Of a stretch of DNA of 64,000 nt, positions 1 to 22,200 are shown one piece after another; the first letter of the stretch is position 1; each line of letters starts with the position of its first letter. Location of the stretch: assembly GCA_009914755.4 (NCBI GenBank), contig CP086569.2:62272001-62336000 (forward strand). The letters are read 5' to 3'. Below the pieces are notes generated by a model, which worked only from the letters and a program-made list of their open reading frames with translations, did no database searches and had not been told where the DNA came from. This stretch comes from the human T2T-CHM13v2.0 reference genome, Homo sapiens. The translations under genes were made by a program, and so were the position numbers.

Positions 1-2040
<2,040 letters not shown>

Positions 2041-2049
2041 ATAATTTGG

Positions 2050-2435
2050 ATGTTTTCCCCCACAAAACTCATGTTGAAATTTGATCCCCAGTGTTAGAGA
2101 TGGGGCATAATGGTAGGTGTTTTAGTAGTGGGGGCGGGTCCCTTATGAAAGGCTTGCTGCCATCCTCAGGTCAATGAGTTCTTATTCTATTAGTTCCTGG
2201 AAGAGCTGGTTGCTAAAAAGAGCCTGGCATCTCCCCGCTGTCTCTCTATTGCTTCCTCTCTCATCATCCGAACTCTGCACAAGCTGGCCCCTCTTCACCT
2301 TTCCAAGCAGCCTGAAGCTTTCACCAGATGCCCAATCTTACAGTCAGCAGAATTGTGAACCAAATAAACCTCTTTTCTTTATAAATTACAGTCTCAGGTA
2401 TTCCTTTATAGCAACAGAAAATAGACTAAGAAAGC
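2050..2435 (+). mobile_element. MaLR (ERVL-MaLR, THE1/MST-like) LTR fragment
   Basis: …gttgaaatttgatccccagtgttagagatggggc…gggggcgggtccc… …aaataaacctcttttctttataaattacagtctcaggtattcctttatagcaac… matches the characteristic THE1/MST LTR ends. Confidence 0.6.
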
Positions 2436-2749
2436 ACTTAAATATGAATACCCCATTTTTCATGTGATATTTCACATTGCATGCCTATATCAAAACACCT
2501 CATGTACCCCATAAATATATGCACCTACTATGTACCCACAAAAATTAAAAGTTAAATTAAATTTAAAATTTTTTAAATTAAAAAATAATAATTCGTTACA
2601 AGCTCCTGGAACGTCGTCAGCTAGAAGAAATGCCAAACAAGTTTTCATCATTGCCGTATCAAGTTGCCTATCCGCTCATTTGTATTTTCCACAAAATGCA
2701 AATAAAGACAATAACAAAGTAATAGTTCCACCTTAAAAAAAAAGGTAAA

Positions 2750-3480
2750 AAATGTTTGCAAGGATGTGGAGAAAAGGAAACCTTATACATCATTGGTGGG
2801 AATGTAAATTGGTGCAACCGCTATGGAAAATAGTATGGAGGTCCTCAAAAAATTAAAAGAAATTGAAGTCAGAAGAGATGGTAGTTGCACTCCCATGTTC
2901 ATTGTAGCATTATTCACAATACCCAAAATATGGAAACAATAAATGATGGAAGAATGGATAAAGAAATATAGTATATATACACGATGTGATTTTATTTGGT
3001 CTTTAAAAAGAGGGAAATCCTGCCATTCATGACAACATAAATGGACTCAGAGGACACTGTGCTAAGTGAAATATTCTTTAGATTTATGACACGGAAATAC
3101 AAATACTACATGATCTCACCTATATGTGGAATCTAAAGAGATTGAACTTAGAGAAGCACAGAGTAGAAAGATAGTTGCCAGGGCCTGGAGAGTGGGGAAA
3201 ATGAAATGATTTTGGTCAAAGGGCATAAAATTTCAGTTATATGGTGAATAATTTCTGAAAATTTAATGTATAACATGGTCACTATAGTTAATAATGTATA
3301 GTATACTTGAAATTTGTAAGAGAGTAGAACCTAAATGTTCTCATCACACACACAAAAATAGTAACTATATGAGATGGTGGATAAATTTATTGTGGTAATC
3401 ACTTTACAATGTAACTATATATTAAAATATCATGTACATTTGAAATATAAACAATTTTTATGTGTCAAAAATAAATTACT
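2750..3480 (+). mobile_element. L1 3' end (ORF2 C-terminus + 3' UTR), sense
   Basis: …gatgtggagaaa.ggaa…cattggtgggaatgtaaattggtgcaaccgctatggaaaa… typical L1 ORF2 C-terminal/3'UTR sequence. Confidence 0.75.
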
Positions 3481-3489
3481 CTTTTAAAG

Positions 3490-4300
3490 AGGAAAATACA
3501 TGATTAGAGCAAAGAAATTACTAGAATTACTAAATGAATTCAACAAGATCACAAATATAAGATTGATATACAAAAATCAATTGTATTTCTATGTACTAAC
3601 AAAGAAATGTCCAAAATGAAATTAAGAAAACAATTTTATTTACAGTGGCATCAAAATGATTAAAATACTTAGAAATAAAACATCAAAAGAAGTGTAAGAT
3701 TTGTACAATGGAAATGATAAAACATTGCTAAGGGAAATTTTAAAAGATTTAAATAAATGGAGAGACACTCTGTGTTCATGGACCAGAAGCCTAAATATTG
3801 TTAAGATGGAAATTCTCCTCATATTGATCTATAGGTTCAATGTAATCTCTGTCAAAACCACAACAGGATATTTTTCAGAAGTTGACAAGCTGATATCAAA
3901 ATGCAAAGGATCCAGAATGACAAAAACAGTTTTGGAAAAGAAGGACAAAATGCAGTACGTTTACTTCTCAACTTAAAATCTTATATAAAGCTATAGTAAC
4001 CAAAACAATGAGGCACTGTCATAAACATAGACAAATGGATCAATGGAACAGAATTAAGAGTCCAGGAATAAACCCTTATTTTTATGGTCAATTGACTTGC
4101 AACACGGGTATGAATATAATTTAACGGAGAAAAGGTTATCTTTTCTACAAATATTTCTGGCACAATTGGATACTCATATAAAAAATGAATATGAACCCTT
4201 TTCTCATATAATATACCAATATTAACTCAAAATGTATCATAGACATAGAAATAAAAGCCAAAACTATAAAACTTTCAAAAGAAAAATAGGACAAAATATT
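3490..4300 (+). mobile_element. Old L1 ORF2 middle fragment, sense
   Basis: ORF 3701-3976 translates to …LNKWRDT.CSW..RLNIVKM.IL..LIYRFN.I..K… (L1 ORF2 motif). Confidence 0.7.
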
Positions 4301-4613
4301 TTCTTTTTTTTTTATTTGCAATCCATTTATTTGGGTAGACTTGAAATACAACAGGGACATTCAAAAGTTTGAGCAATAATTTATGCTATATTTATAGCAT
4401 AGCCAGATTTCATTCCCAGAATTTCTATCTCCCCTGTGATGTTTTGCTCTGATTTATGAATTTATTTGTACTAAAATCAGGTAAGTCAAGCATTTATTCT
4501 AAACTCCCAGTCTGTTTTTTATAACTTATGTGGTTTGTACACTTTCCAATTATTAATTCCTTCAATTATTCATTCAGCAAATATTGACTGTCTTAGAGAC
4601 ACAGTGGACACTA

Positions 4614-9066
<4,453 letters not shown>

Positions 9067-9081
9067 CTGTCTGACTTTGTT

Positions 9082-9320
9082 TATGTGAAATTCAAGAAAG
9101 GGCTAAACTATAGTGACAGAGTGAGATGAATGGTTGCCTCAGACAAGGGATGTGATGTTGTGGGATTGACTGTAAATGTATAGAAGGAATGTAACTCTTG
9201 ACTCTGGTGATGGTTACAGATATGTATGTCAAAATTCATAACTGCATACCTAAAATGAATTTTATTTTATGTAAATTCTATCTCAATAGTGTTGATTGTC
9301 AAAATAAGTTAATAAAGGCA
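9082..9320 (+). mobile_element. Older L1 3'-end, part 2 (resumes after the Alu TSD)
   Basis: …ctatagtgacagag…gatgaatggttgcc… …aattcataactgcatacctaaaatgaattttatt…ctcaatag… typical L1 3'UTR terminus. Confidence 0.7.
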
Positions 9321-11018
9321 GAAAGTGGCTATCTTCATTACTGGATTTAATAATATGAGGGTCTTTGTTAACCTTCAGAAGATAAGTTTTGGTGAAATGG
9401 TAGGTACAAAGTTGTGATTGTATTCAAGAGAGAATGGAGGAAAAAGGAATGGATATACTAAGCACAGACAATTCTTTCAATACTTTCTGTAGAAAGGAAG
9501 ATGAAAATGACATGATAGCTTAACAGAATAATAAGATAAAGGGAAGCCTTCTAAAGACATTTGACAAGCTTGCATGCATAGTTATCTGTTGAGATAGGAG
9601 GAGACACTGGTAGTTTGAAGAGAGAGAAGATGCAAAATAGTTACCTAGGAGTGTGAGCTTACTGACAAAATAATGTAGGATTTCTAGATTGCAAAAAGAT
9701 ACAAAGCAAATGCAAACAAAAAAAGCAGTAGTAGTAATCTTAATGCTTCACAAGCTGAAAATTAATATGCACTAATAGGAATAAAGGAAAACACTATGTA
9801 GTGATTTTTTAAAACTAAGAAAATGATCAATGAATACACATAGCAGCTAAAGATTTAAAACAAAAGTAGTTATACATGCAAGGACATGTTGCTAACACAA
9901 TTAGAGCAGTAGATTTCAATATACCTCCTTAAGGATTGGACGGATAAAACAAGTCAGAAAATTGGAATTTAATACATTCAAGAAACTGATTTAAAAGATG
10001 TATATAGAAAATTACATCTCTCAAACACAGGCTAGGCAATCTTCATGCCCACAGAAAACCATAAAAATCAGTCATGTCTTTAAGCCATGAAGTAAACTTT
10101 CAAAACTGTTTTAAAGTATAGATTTCAAAGCAATATTTTCTGACCATAATTCAATAAAATAAGAAATAAATAATTTAAAAATGGTTGAAAATAATAAATG
10201 TTTAGAAAATGACCTTCCCAATGATAATAACTTTACAAAGATATTAAGAAAAGGTGTTTTAAGATATAAAGACTTATTTTTAATGAATCACCAAGCTGGA
10301 GAGAAAGTAAGAAATCCATAAAGACAGAAATATAAACTAAATGTGGGGACCTTGAAAGGTAAGTTAGCACTAAAGTTGACGTTTACCCAGAAAATATCTG
10401 CCAAACCTGAGTGACCTTGAGCTTCTGTTTTGACGAATGCACAGGGCACAGGAGACAGGCTATAAATCCTATAGCCTATCCAAAAGGACAAGTCTATTAG
10501 GACAGCTACATTTAGCTGGAACTTCAAAAGTCTTCACTATCAGTATAAAAGGGAACAGAAATGAATAGCAAAGAAACATGCTTAATTTTGACTCTGGAAC
10601 TGGAGAAGTGGGGAAAAAAAGTCTCCCCTAAGAATTTCTAACCAAAAAGTGGCCCTCACTGCAGGTTTGTGGTCCAAAATACACACAACGTGTGAGGTCC
10701 CTCAAACCACAAGTCTCAACCAAAAATTTAAAGCTGTCCCAGGTTGGTAGTGCCCCCAGGTGACCAGCAGAAGCAAATGCAAATCCTTTCTGGAGAAGTA
10801 CAAAGTTCCAAGGAACATGAGCTGAAAGTCAAAACTCACAAAATGCTGAAGGAAATAAGGCACCATGATTCTGAGTCAGGGGGAAAAAAAAGTTGAAAAT
10901 ATATAGCAGAATCAGACCTCCAAGGGGCTTCAGATATTGGAATTATCAGACACCAAATATTTTTAGACTATGTTTAATGTTTTTCAAGAAACAAAAGGTA
11001 TTTAAAAATACAAGAAAG

Positions 11019-11327
<309 letters not shown>

Positions 11328-11683
11328 AGAGATTATTTTTTAAATTATCCAGCATATTTAAACTTCTATGAGTGAAAAAAAGTTTTCACTTGTAGCTTTT
11401 TATTTTGACAGTTTCAGATACACATAAATGTCACAAGAACATTACAAAGAATTCATATATACCCTTCACCCATATCCTCCAAATGTTAAAATTTTACCAC
11501 ATTACTTTATGTCTATCTGTCCCTTCCATGCTCATTCTCTCTCCTCTCTCTGTTTCTGTCCACGCATATAAAAATATTATGAAATAAATATCATTAATTA
11601 CATATTATTTATGACATGGTATTTATTTTTATGTATGTATTTTTAGTTAGTTTCTGAAGCATTAAAGAGTAAGTTGCATGATC

Positions 11684-11931
<248 letters not shown>

Positions 11932-12059
11932 TAATTGCCATTGTAACAGTATGAAGAGGTGAGACCATTAAGAAGTGATTAGGCCATGAGGGCTTTGCCC
12001 TCATGAATAAATCAATGCTGTTATCACAGGAGATGGTTAGTTACAAATGGTGAGTTAAG

Positions 12060-12200
12060 CTTCTCTCTCCCTTGCCCTTCTACCTTCTGCCATGGGATGA
12101 CACAGCAAGAAGTCCCCATCAGATGCTGTCCCCTTAATCTTGGACTTCCCAGCGTTCAGAATTAAGAGCAATAAATTTCTGTTCAATTGTGTTAAGTGAA
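12060..12200 (+). mobile_element. Short MaLR-type LTR 3'-end fragment
   Basis: …cttggacttcccagcgttcagaattaagagcaataaatttctgttcaattgtgtt… resembles the conserved MaLR LTR terminus. Confidence 0.4.
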
Positions 12201-12644
12201 ATAAGCCAGGCACAGAAAGATAAATACCACATATTCTCAATCACATGTGGAAGTGAAGTAAGTTGATCTCATAGAAGTAGAAAGTAGAAACTGGACGAAT
12301 AAATTGTTAGGGATGTGTGACTATGTAAAAATCCAGAAGAAAGGTGGTGCTGGTCAAACAAAACAATAGATGTACTCTTCGGCTGCATTTCTTGCTCCCA
12401 TTCTTGACTTTAACTTTTTTTAAAATTGGGGTATTCATCTAATTCATTTGTAAGAACACTTTATATATATTTAGGACCATACCTTTTGTCTGGCATATAT
12501 ATTGCAAACTTATTTAAGATATTGTTAGTTCTTTATTTTAATTATAGTATTTTAAAGAAATTTTAAATTTTATATAATCAGATATGTAATTGTTCTTACT
12601 ATTTCTGCCTTTTCTTTGTTGCTTAGGGAAAAGGGCCTACATAA

Positions 12645-13051
<407 letters not shown>

Positions 13052-13320
13052 TAGTGTATTTTGATGTATGCTTATGAAGAATGATCAAATTTAGTTTTTT
13101 ACTGTAATTGATAAAACAACTCATTCTTTTCCAACTAATTTGAAATGATACACTTTTTTATATAGCAAATATTTATGCATAGTTGCACTTATTTTTTCCA
13201 TTCTGTTTTTTGTTTCTATTATTTTACTGCTAACAAATATTTTAATTATTGTAACTTTATAATGTTTTAATATCTAAAAGTGAAAATCACTCCCTGGTAT
13301 TTTTTTAAGAATGCTATTGG

Positions 13321-13637
<317 letters not shown>

Positions 13638-13754
13638 CTATTCTTGTGCATAACTTTTCCATATGAATTTAGGGATCATTTTAACAGGTCCCTCCCCACA
13701 AGTAATCCTATTGGGATACCTATAGAAATTGCATTAAACCTAAAAACTAAATTG

Positions 13755-14043
<289 letters not shown>

Positions 14044-14934
14044 AAACTAAATTCAGAAGAAATAAACACCTCATGACATTGAAATCTTATGACATTTCCC
14101 CTTCTAGGTACATAGTAGGTTTGTCCAATTATGAAAGTATTCTTTTAAGTCCCTCAGTAAGGTTTTAAAGTATTGTACATATCCTAGTATTGCACAGATT
14201 ATTTTTATTGTATTGTTTTGTTTCTGTAGGGGTTACTTTTTCAGCATATCTTCTAAATCGTTATTTTTTGTTTATTGGAATAGAAAGCTATAGATTTTAA
14301 ATTACCTTTATAATACCATACTGAATCTTCTTATGAGTTGTATTTCTTCTTGTCAGTATTTGGTAGGTTTTATTTTTTCTCTTATTATATTGAAAAAGAC
14401 TTTTGGAGCCATGTCATGTTGGTAATGGTCATCTGTGTCTCGTTTCTAAGAATGAGTATTGGTTACAGATAGTCTGTATGACGTTAAGGAAATATTATTT
14501 TACCATAGTTTCCTGTGGTTTAAAAAGATAGTTATAATTGATATATTTTATCAAATAACTTTTGGATATCTTTCATTATGAGGAAATATTTTAAACCTAT
14601 TTGAGATAATAATTTATATTTTAGATTTCTTTGTATTAATTTTATTTTATTATTTATTATTTATTTCACTATTTTATTCCTGGCATAAGTTTTACTTCGT
14701 TATGATGTCTTCTTTAGTTTGCTAACATTTTAAAAGGGTTTCAGCCTGTTCTAACTGATATTCTGTGACTTTATAATATTTGGGAGTTTTTTACATTTTG
14801 GCATCCACTTCATAGAAAGAATATGATGCTGTCCATCAGTTTAAATGTTTTGGAACCATGAAAATGTCTATTCCATGAAGGTCTGTAATAATGTGCCTGA
14901 AAAACCTTATTTTTCTTTTTCATTCTTCCAACTT

Positions 14935-15140
14935 TTATTTTAGGTTTAGTGGGTACATGTGCAGGTTTGTTACATGGGTAAATTGCATGTCACTGAGGTT
15001 CGGTGTGCAAATGATTTTGTTACCCAGGCAGTGAGCATAGTACCTGATAGGTAGTTTATCAATCTTCACCTTCCTCCCACCCTCTACCCTCAAGTAAGCT
15101 CCTGTGTCTATTGCTCCCCCCTTTGTGTCCACACGTACTC
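14935..15140 (-). mobile_element. L1 3'-UTR fragment
   Basis: …ttttaggtttagtgggtacatgtgcaggtttgttacatgggtaaattgcatgtcac… matches L1 3'UTR (reverse complement). Confidence 0.55.
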
Positions 15141-16738
15141 AATGGAAAAACCTTATTTTTCATAAATTCAATTTCTTTCATGTTTCTTGATCTACTTAGC
15201 TTTTTATTTCTCCCAGAATCAATTTTGGTACTGCTTTTTTAGATAATCTCTTTTTCATCAGTAGTTTAGAATTATTTTTATAGACTCATTAGTGATATTC
15301 TTTACTAAAATTTTCACTTTGTTGAGTTCTCAGTGGTTATACCTACTTCCTTATTTTGACTTTGGGTAATTCTTACCTCTCATTTTTCTTGATCAACCTT
15401 GCTAGACATGACAGACTGACAGCTATACACCATAATCTGTATTATATTGACCTTTCTGGGCTCATTAAACAGACTACATTTTTCAGCCTTCCATGCTGAA
15501 GTGGCCAGTTTGGAGTGGCCATATGACTGAGTTTTGGCCAATGAAATGTTAATAAGTGGTGTGTGCCACTTCCAGGTCTGGCACATATGAATGTTTCATT
15601 CACACTTCTCTATGCTTATTTCTTCTTTCAGAGGACTGTGATGGAGATAATCAATGTAACTTTAGATGCCATATATTGAAGATGGAAGAGTCGCTATCAG
15701 CTTGGATCCCTGAACGATCATGTAGAGACAAATCATCACTTGTCTACTAAGCATATCTGCCTTATACTGTTACATAATTGAGAAACTTTGTTGTCCTTGA
15801 ACCATTTAACATTTTGAGGTCTATTTGCTTCTAATACACCCAATATTTATATATTTGTTTTTTCCAACACAAGAGGTTACAATTTATCAATTTTTCTGTT
15901 TTCTAAGTAATTACATGCAGTTTTTATTAATTACATTTTCCTGCTTACTTTGTTTTTACTGCTGCTGTTTTGTTCTAACTTATTGAATTCAATATATAGT
16001 ACATTTATTTTCAGTCTTGTTTAGTAACCAAGGTACTTAAGGATTTATAAGTTCCTCAACAACAGTTTTTACTACAACCCATAAATTTTGAAAAGTAATA
16101 CTCTCTTTGACCATATTTTTAAATAGTCTGTAGTTGTAATTTGTATTTCTTATTTGATCCAGGATTTATTTGCAGGATTTTTTAAAATGTCCCAGTAATT
16201 GTGATTTTATACAAACACTAAATAATTTCCAGTTTTTAAATACAATTGTGACCATTGCATTTAGCTTATATGATCTCTGTTTTGAGACTCAGGTGAGATT
16301 TTGTGACATAGTACCAGACAAAATTTCCATAGTGCTGAAAAAGAAAACTTCTTTTCTTGTATAAATGTGAATATTTAACCACATTTACTAATTTTTATCT
16401 CCTTGTTTATTTTTATCTACATGATATGTCAAAAACTGTCATGAGAATGTATGAAAGATTGTTAAATAGGCAAAAACGACTGGGTGTCCATTTAGTGGAA
16501 TACTGGCAATGGAATTCCGGGTGATCCGATTTTGTAGAGTTGTGCATCTTTGTCTTTGACATGGCTATTTTACAACTCTAAAAGTTGTAGAAAACTAATG
16601 GCAGTATAAATGATTTTTGTCCATAGAAACACAAATGAGCACTGTCCAGTAGAGACACAAGTGATTTGCATACTATATAGAAAACATGATTCTGAACAGT
16701 TTTTCATCTGTTAAAAAATTCATTTCAGTATTCTAAAC

Positions 16739-16762
16739 TCTGTGTGTGTGTGTGTGTGTGTA
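16739..16762. repeat. (TG)n microsatellite, about 12 units
   Basis: tgtgtg run read directly. Confidence 0.95.
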
Positions 16763-16789
16763 TATAGTTTGCTCTTCAGATTTCTTTTT

Positions 16790-17400
16790 ATTTTTAGTAA
16801 TTACGGGTACATAATAGGTGTATATGTTCATGAAGTATATGTGATGTTCTAACATACGCATACAATGAGTAATATACACATCAGGGTAACTGGGGTAGCC
16901 ATCATCTCAAGCATTTATCATTTATTTGTGTTAGGAGCATTCCAATTCTACTCTTTTAGTTGTTTTAAAATATATATTATTGTTGACTACAGTTACCCTG
17001 TTGTGCTATAAAATGCTGTATCTTATTCATTCCATCTAACTATATTTTAGCACCTATTAGCCATCCCCACTCCCCACTACCCTTTTCAGCCTCTGGTAAC
17101 CATTATTCTACTCTCTATCTCCATGAGTTTAATTGTTTTACTTTTTAGCTACCACACTTGAATGAGAACTTGTGAAACTTTTCTGTGCCTGGCTTATTTC
17201 ACTTAATATAATATCCTCCAGTTCCATCCGTGTTGTTGCAAAGGACAGGATTTCATTATTTATGGCTCAATAATATTCTATTGTGTATATGTACCACATG
17301 TCCTTTATCCATTCATCTGTTGATGAACACTTAGGTTCATTCCATTTGGTTCTTTTTCGTAGTTTCTATCCCTTTGTTCATTTTATCATTTGGTTCAGGA
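16790..17400 (-). mobile_element. Old L1 3' end, minus orientation
   Basis: …tgcttacctatctgtgtt…; …catccatgttgttgcaaaggacaggatttcatt…tttatggctcaataatattctattgtgtatatgtaccacat… typical L1 3' region. Confidence 0.65.
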
Positions 17401-18164
17401 ATCGTTTTCCTGATTTCGTTTGCTTACCTATCTGTGTTCTCTGTTAGCTCACTGAACATCTATAAGATGGTTATTTTGACTAACTGTCAGATAATTCCTA
17501 GATCATGTCTCTAGAGTTAGTTTCTGGAACTTTATTTTGCTGAATTCAGCCATGTTTCCCTGTTTTGTTTTTCTGTGTGCCTTGTGATCTTTTATTGGGA
17601 TTTGGGTATTTAAAAAGATAGCCATCTCTCCCAGTCTTAATGGAATGGCTTCATAAAGGGAAAGACCTTCACCAGTCAGCTTGGCTAGAGAATCTGTGGA
17701 CCTCTTAACCTCTTCTGTGAGCTTGTGCATGTAATTTCCCAGTGAAAAAGGTTTGCTCCTGTTTTCTTCTCAGGAGTCCACATTCTATTACTCCCCTTGG
17801 TGTCTATCTGTGGTATTGCAGAACGAGTTGTAGAAGAAAGTGATAATGGCAGGGAGATCAGTTGGAGGTTACTGAAATAGTCCAGAAGAGATATCAAGAG
17901 CTGAACTCAAGTACTCATAATGAAAATGATAAGTTAATAAATTTGGCAGCCTTTACAGAACTTAGAGACTGATTGGATATGAGGGATAAGATAAAAGACT
18001 GGGTTGGGAATAATTCTTAGTTTTTTACTTAAGTTACTATAAGAATGGTGTTATTAACCATGAGTGTGGGGAGAATGATGGAAAAATACCCCTTAAACTG
18101 ATAAGATATAAAATGAAAATAAACATTAGTGCTACACACACAGAAATATTGAGAGGTGACAACG

Positions 18165-19252
18165 TGCTAGCGGCCCTTGCTCACTCTTGGCGCCTCCTCG
18201 GCCTAGGTGTCCGCTCTGGCCAGGCTTGAGGAGCCCTTCAGCCCGCCACTGAACTGTGAGGGCCCCTCTCTGGGGCTGGCCGAGGCCGGAGCCGGCTCCC
18301 TCTGCTCACGGGGAGGTGTGGAGGGAGAGGCACCGCAGGGAGCCAGGGCAGGGTGTGGAGCTCGTGAGCTGGCATGGGTTCTGGGTGGGCACGGGCTCCG
18401 TGGGCCCCGCACTTGGCGCCACCAGCCAGTGCCTGCTGGGCTTGATCCGGGATGAGCTCCCTCTGGGCTGCCGGAGTGTCCCTGCTGGGTGCCAGAAACT
18501 CCCGCAGCACAGTGACTGCCAGTGAGAGGTGAAGTCAGCTGGGCTTCTGGGACTGGTGGGGACTTGAGAACTTTTCTGTCTAGCTAAAGGATTGTAAAGG
18601 CACCAATCAGCACTCTGTGTCTAGCTAAAGGTTTGTAAATGCACCAATCAGCACTCTGTGTCTAGCTAAAGGTTTGTAAACACACCAATCAGCACTCTGT
18701 CAAAAAGGACCAATCAGCTCTCTGTAAAATGGACCAATCAGTAGGATGTGGGTGGGGCCAGATAAGGGAATAAAAGCAGACTGCCCCAGCCAGCAGGGGC
18801 AACCTGTTCGGGACCGCTTTCATGCTCATCACAGTAAATCTTGCTGCTCCTAGCTCTTTGGGTCTGTGCGGCCTTTATGAGCTGTAACACTCACAGCGAA
18901 GGTCTGCAGCCTCACTCCTGAGGCCAGCGAGACCACAAACCCACTGGGAGGGACAAGCAACTCCGGACCAGAGAAATGAACAACTCCGGATGCCCACCAC
19001 CTTTATGAACTGGAGTGAAGCTGCAGACCAGGAAACCACTGGAAGGAATGAACAACTCCAGACGTGCCACCTTTAAGAGCTGTAACACTCACCGTGAAGG
19101 TCTGCAGTTTCAATCCTGAAGCTAGCGAGACCACGAACCCACCAGAAGGAAGAAACTCCGGACACACCATCTTTAAGAACTGTAACACCAGGAGGGTCTG
19201 CAGCTTCATTCTTGAAGTCAGTGAGACCAAGAACCCACCAATTTTGGACACA
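18165..19252 (+). mobile_element. Solo LTR12 (HERV9 LTR), about 1.1 kb, same orientation as VAMP7; internal approx 41-bp tandem repeats with CCAAT-like motifs at 18581-18700
   Basis: …ctagctaaaggattgtaaaggcaccaatcagcactctgtgtctagctaaaggtttgtaaatgcaccaatcagc… x3, …ggaataaaagcag…, U5-like …gagctgtaacactcaccgtgaaggtctgcag…agtgagaccaagaacccaccaattttggacaca; GC-rich 5' part; ends in CA. Confidence 0.85.
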
Positions 19253-22200
19253 ATGTGACCAAAGTTTACATCACAGATGAGAATACTTCAGGGTTTAGCA
19301 CTTGGTAGGAAAAACAGGCATTTTGGCTTCTAACTCTAGAAACAAGTGATTATCTGTTACTCTTGTGTCACTCAAATCTATGTTCACAAACAGCACTACT
19401 GCATTTGGTGTCTTTTTTATCAAGAGACAGAGTCGTGCTCTGTTGCCCAAGTTGTAGTGCAGTGGCACAAAACAGCTCACTGTGAGCTCAAACTCCGATG
19501 TCAGCATCTTACTGTTCCTAAAAGGTTAGAAAGACAATAGCTGGCAGAAACTACACGTGTAGAAAAAAATAAACACATTCTTAGCTAGGAAGGTACCAGG
19601 AAGTATAAGTATTCTCTGTTTCCTCAAAAATCATAGTAAACTGAAGACCAAAAGATGGGTTAGATTCGTAGTTCTTCCTGAATATCCAATATTATTAAAA
19701 ATTTTTATTGTGAATATCTGGCCATCACATACTTATACTGTCTTGACTCTAAAGTACATTTTCCTACTTAAAAGCTTTGGTCTGACAGTATGAAATGGGA
19801 AGATTATTTTTCATCAGCCAACTTGGAAATGAATTTCATATAACATGCTAAGAATTGCATGAAATTCATTTCTTTTTCTTAGGGAAGATAACAGAAATCA
19901 CCTTTTAATAGTTTATTTATCTTAAATACTTTATCCAAATATAGAACTACTTCTATCCACAAAGTACATACCTAGAAAAATTCAAGAATAGAAATATCCC
20001 AGTAATATGGAGGCCAGGTTTCAGGCAACCTCAACTACTTGAAACACCACCCAGAACCTGAAAGCAAAACAGGCCTTTGAAGTACCGACCTAGCTGTCAA
20101 GTATGAACTTGCATACTTCATTTTCAAAAAGTATTCTTGCAAACTGTCATTTAGATAATATAATAGTTAATATTGTGAGTACTTATTATGCATCCATTGT
20201 TACTGTTTTCTGTACAAGAGACCATGAAATAAACTCCCAGATTCCACTGTTGGGGAAAATTTTGCCTCTCAAGATAAACACATTCTGTCAGATAATGATA
20301 ATTAAAACCAAAAAAAACAAAAATATGTACTTCTCTTTTCTATTGGCTGCTATGAAGCACAGAGATAAATTTAGCACTCATAAAAAATAAATATTTTATC
20401 CTGGATTCCTCAAATAGTTTCTCTTCTTAATTTCTAATTTCCTTTCCAATCTATTTTTAATCTATCCTACCTTATGTTTTAATACTATAGGGCATCTCAA
20501 ATCATTTTGTTAAGTTGATAAACTATGTCTTATAAATATTTATAATATTTATTTGTAGAATAAAAACAGTAAGAAAATGGATAGCAATTTAAGAGATGTC
20601 AAATATATCTCAGTAAAAAATTAGTGACCAATATAATACCAATAGAAAAACAAAACAAAGCAGAACAAGTCATTCACAAAATAATTAAAAACAAACAGCA
20701 ATAAAAATAATTTTAAAACAAAAACACTTTTACAAAGGTTTAAGTTCATTCGTAATTAATAAATGCAAGTGAAAATGAGTTAGTTATAATTTATTGCCTA
20801 TGAAACATCCACAGATAAGATAGAATGAAAATAGCAGCACTGACTAGAGTATGAAAAAGTTATTTTCATCACTTGATGTCCAGGTGTTGGAAATAAATTT
20901 TCGGTGCCACAAAAGAAATAGCACTCAAACATAAATTTTCTCAGCAAGGCAATTTTACTTCTATAGAAGGGTGTGTCTCACAGATGGAGCAATGGCGAGA
21001 ACACACCTGAACAAGGGAGGGGAAGGGATTCTTATCCCTGACACAGGTTGCTCCTACTGCTGTGTCGTTCCCCTATTGGCTAGGGTTGGACCACACAGTC
21101 TAAACTAATTCCAATTGGCCATTTTAAAGAGACCAGGTGTACAAGCCAGAGAGGCGGGGTGAGCAGTTTTGGTGGGAAAGGTGGTTATGGAACAGGTGAC
21201 TAAGGGAGACTCAGGTCAGAGCAGGTGACCAGGGGTGATTCAGGATGGAGCAGGTGACCAGGGGAACAGATGTGAACTACTGATTAGAACTGGCAGAAAG
21301 GTTGTTTACTGAAACTAGGGGCAAGGAGATGAAGAGAATGAGAAAGTTAAACTTTAAAATGGAGAACAAGGACCTGAACATACTGACATACTGATTCTTT
21401 GAAGAGAAACTTAGAACTCACTGTATTTAACACAGGGAAGGAGTAAATCAACTGGTATAATCTTTTCTGAAAAAAATCTGGCAATATACAACAATAGTTT
21501 TTAAAATTTATATATCCTTTGACTCGGAGATTCCAATTACAGAGACTTATCTGTGGCCAACTGCCACTGTTACTACTTGAGACCGTCACTATGACAGTTA
21601 CTACTGTCACTACTTGAGACCATCATTACAAGACTGAATGAAGGGACGAACATAGAAATGAAAACTTAAGACAAAAGAAACTGTTTTAAAGGAAGGGTCC
21701 AGGGGAAGAAGAAGAGAGCTCCCTGCTTCTAGTGAGCATAGGCAGCCCCTGAGCTTCCACAGCCCTTCATATTTATTGGGTAGCAAGAGCAGGGAGGAGG
21801 AGGTAATGATTGGTTGGCTGCTTAATTGATAACAGGTTCATATTATTACCAACCGGCTTCAGATGTACCTAATCGCAAGAAACACTGTGCTTGGGTCGTG
21901 ACTACCCTCAGCATTCCTTCTGGGCAGCAGATGCAGTTTGTCAGTTTACCAACATTCTGCATTGATGAGAACAGTTTGCTGCCCACTCATATAGCCTCCA
22001 GTGGTATACTGAGTTGATCACGACCCTCATTCTTTCGGCCTATGACATTTATCCTAAGGAAACATTTAAGTTTGTAGATAAAGCTTTGATTACAAGGTAT
22101 TTTATCACATTGTATACAACATAGGTAAGCCAGAAATGTAATTGTTCAACAGTAGGTGATAAGTACTGTAACACACTTACATAATAGAATACTATGTAGT

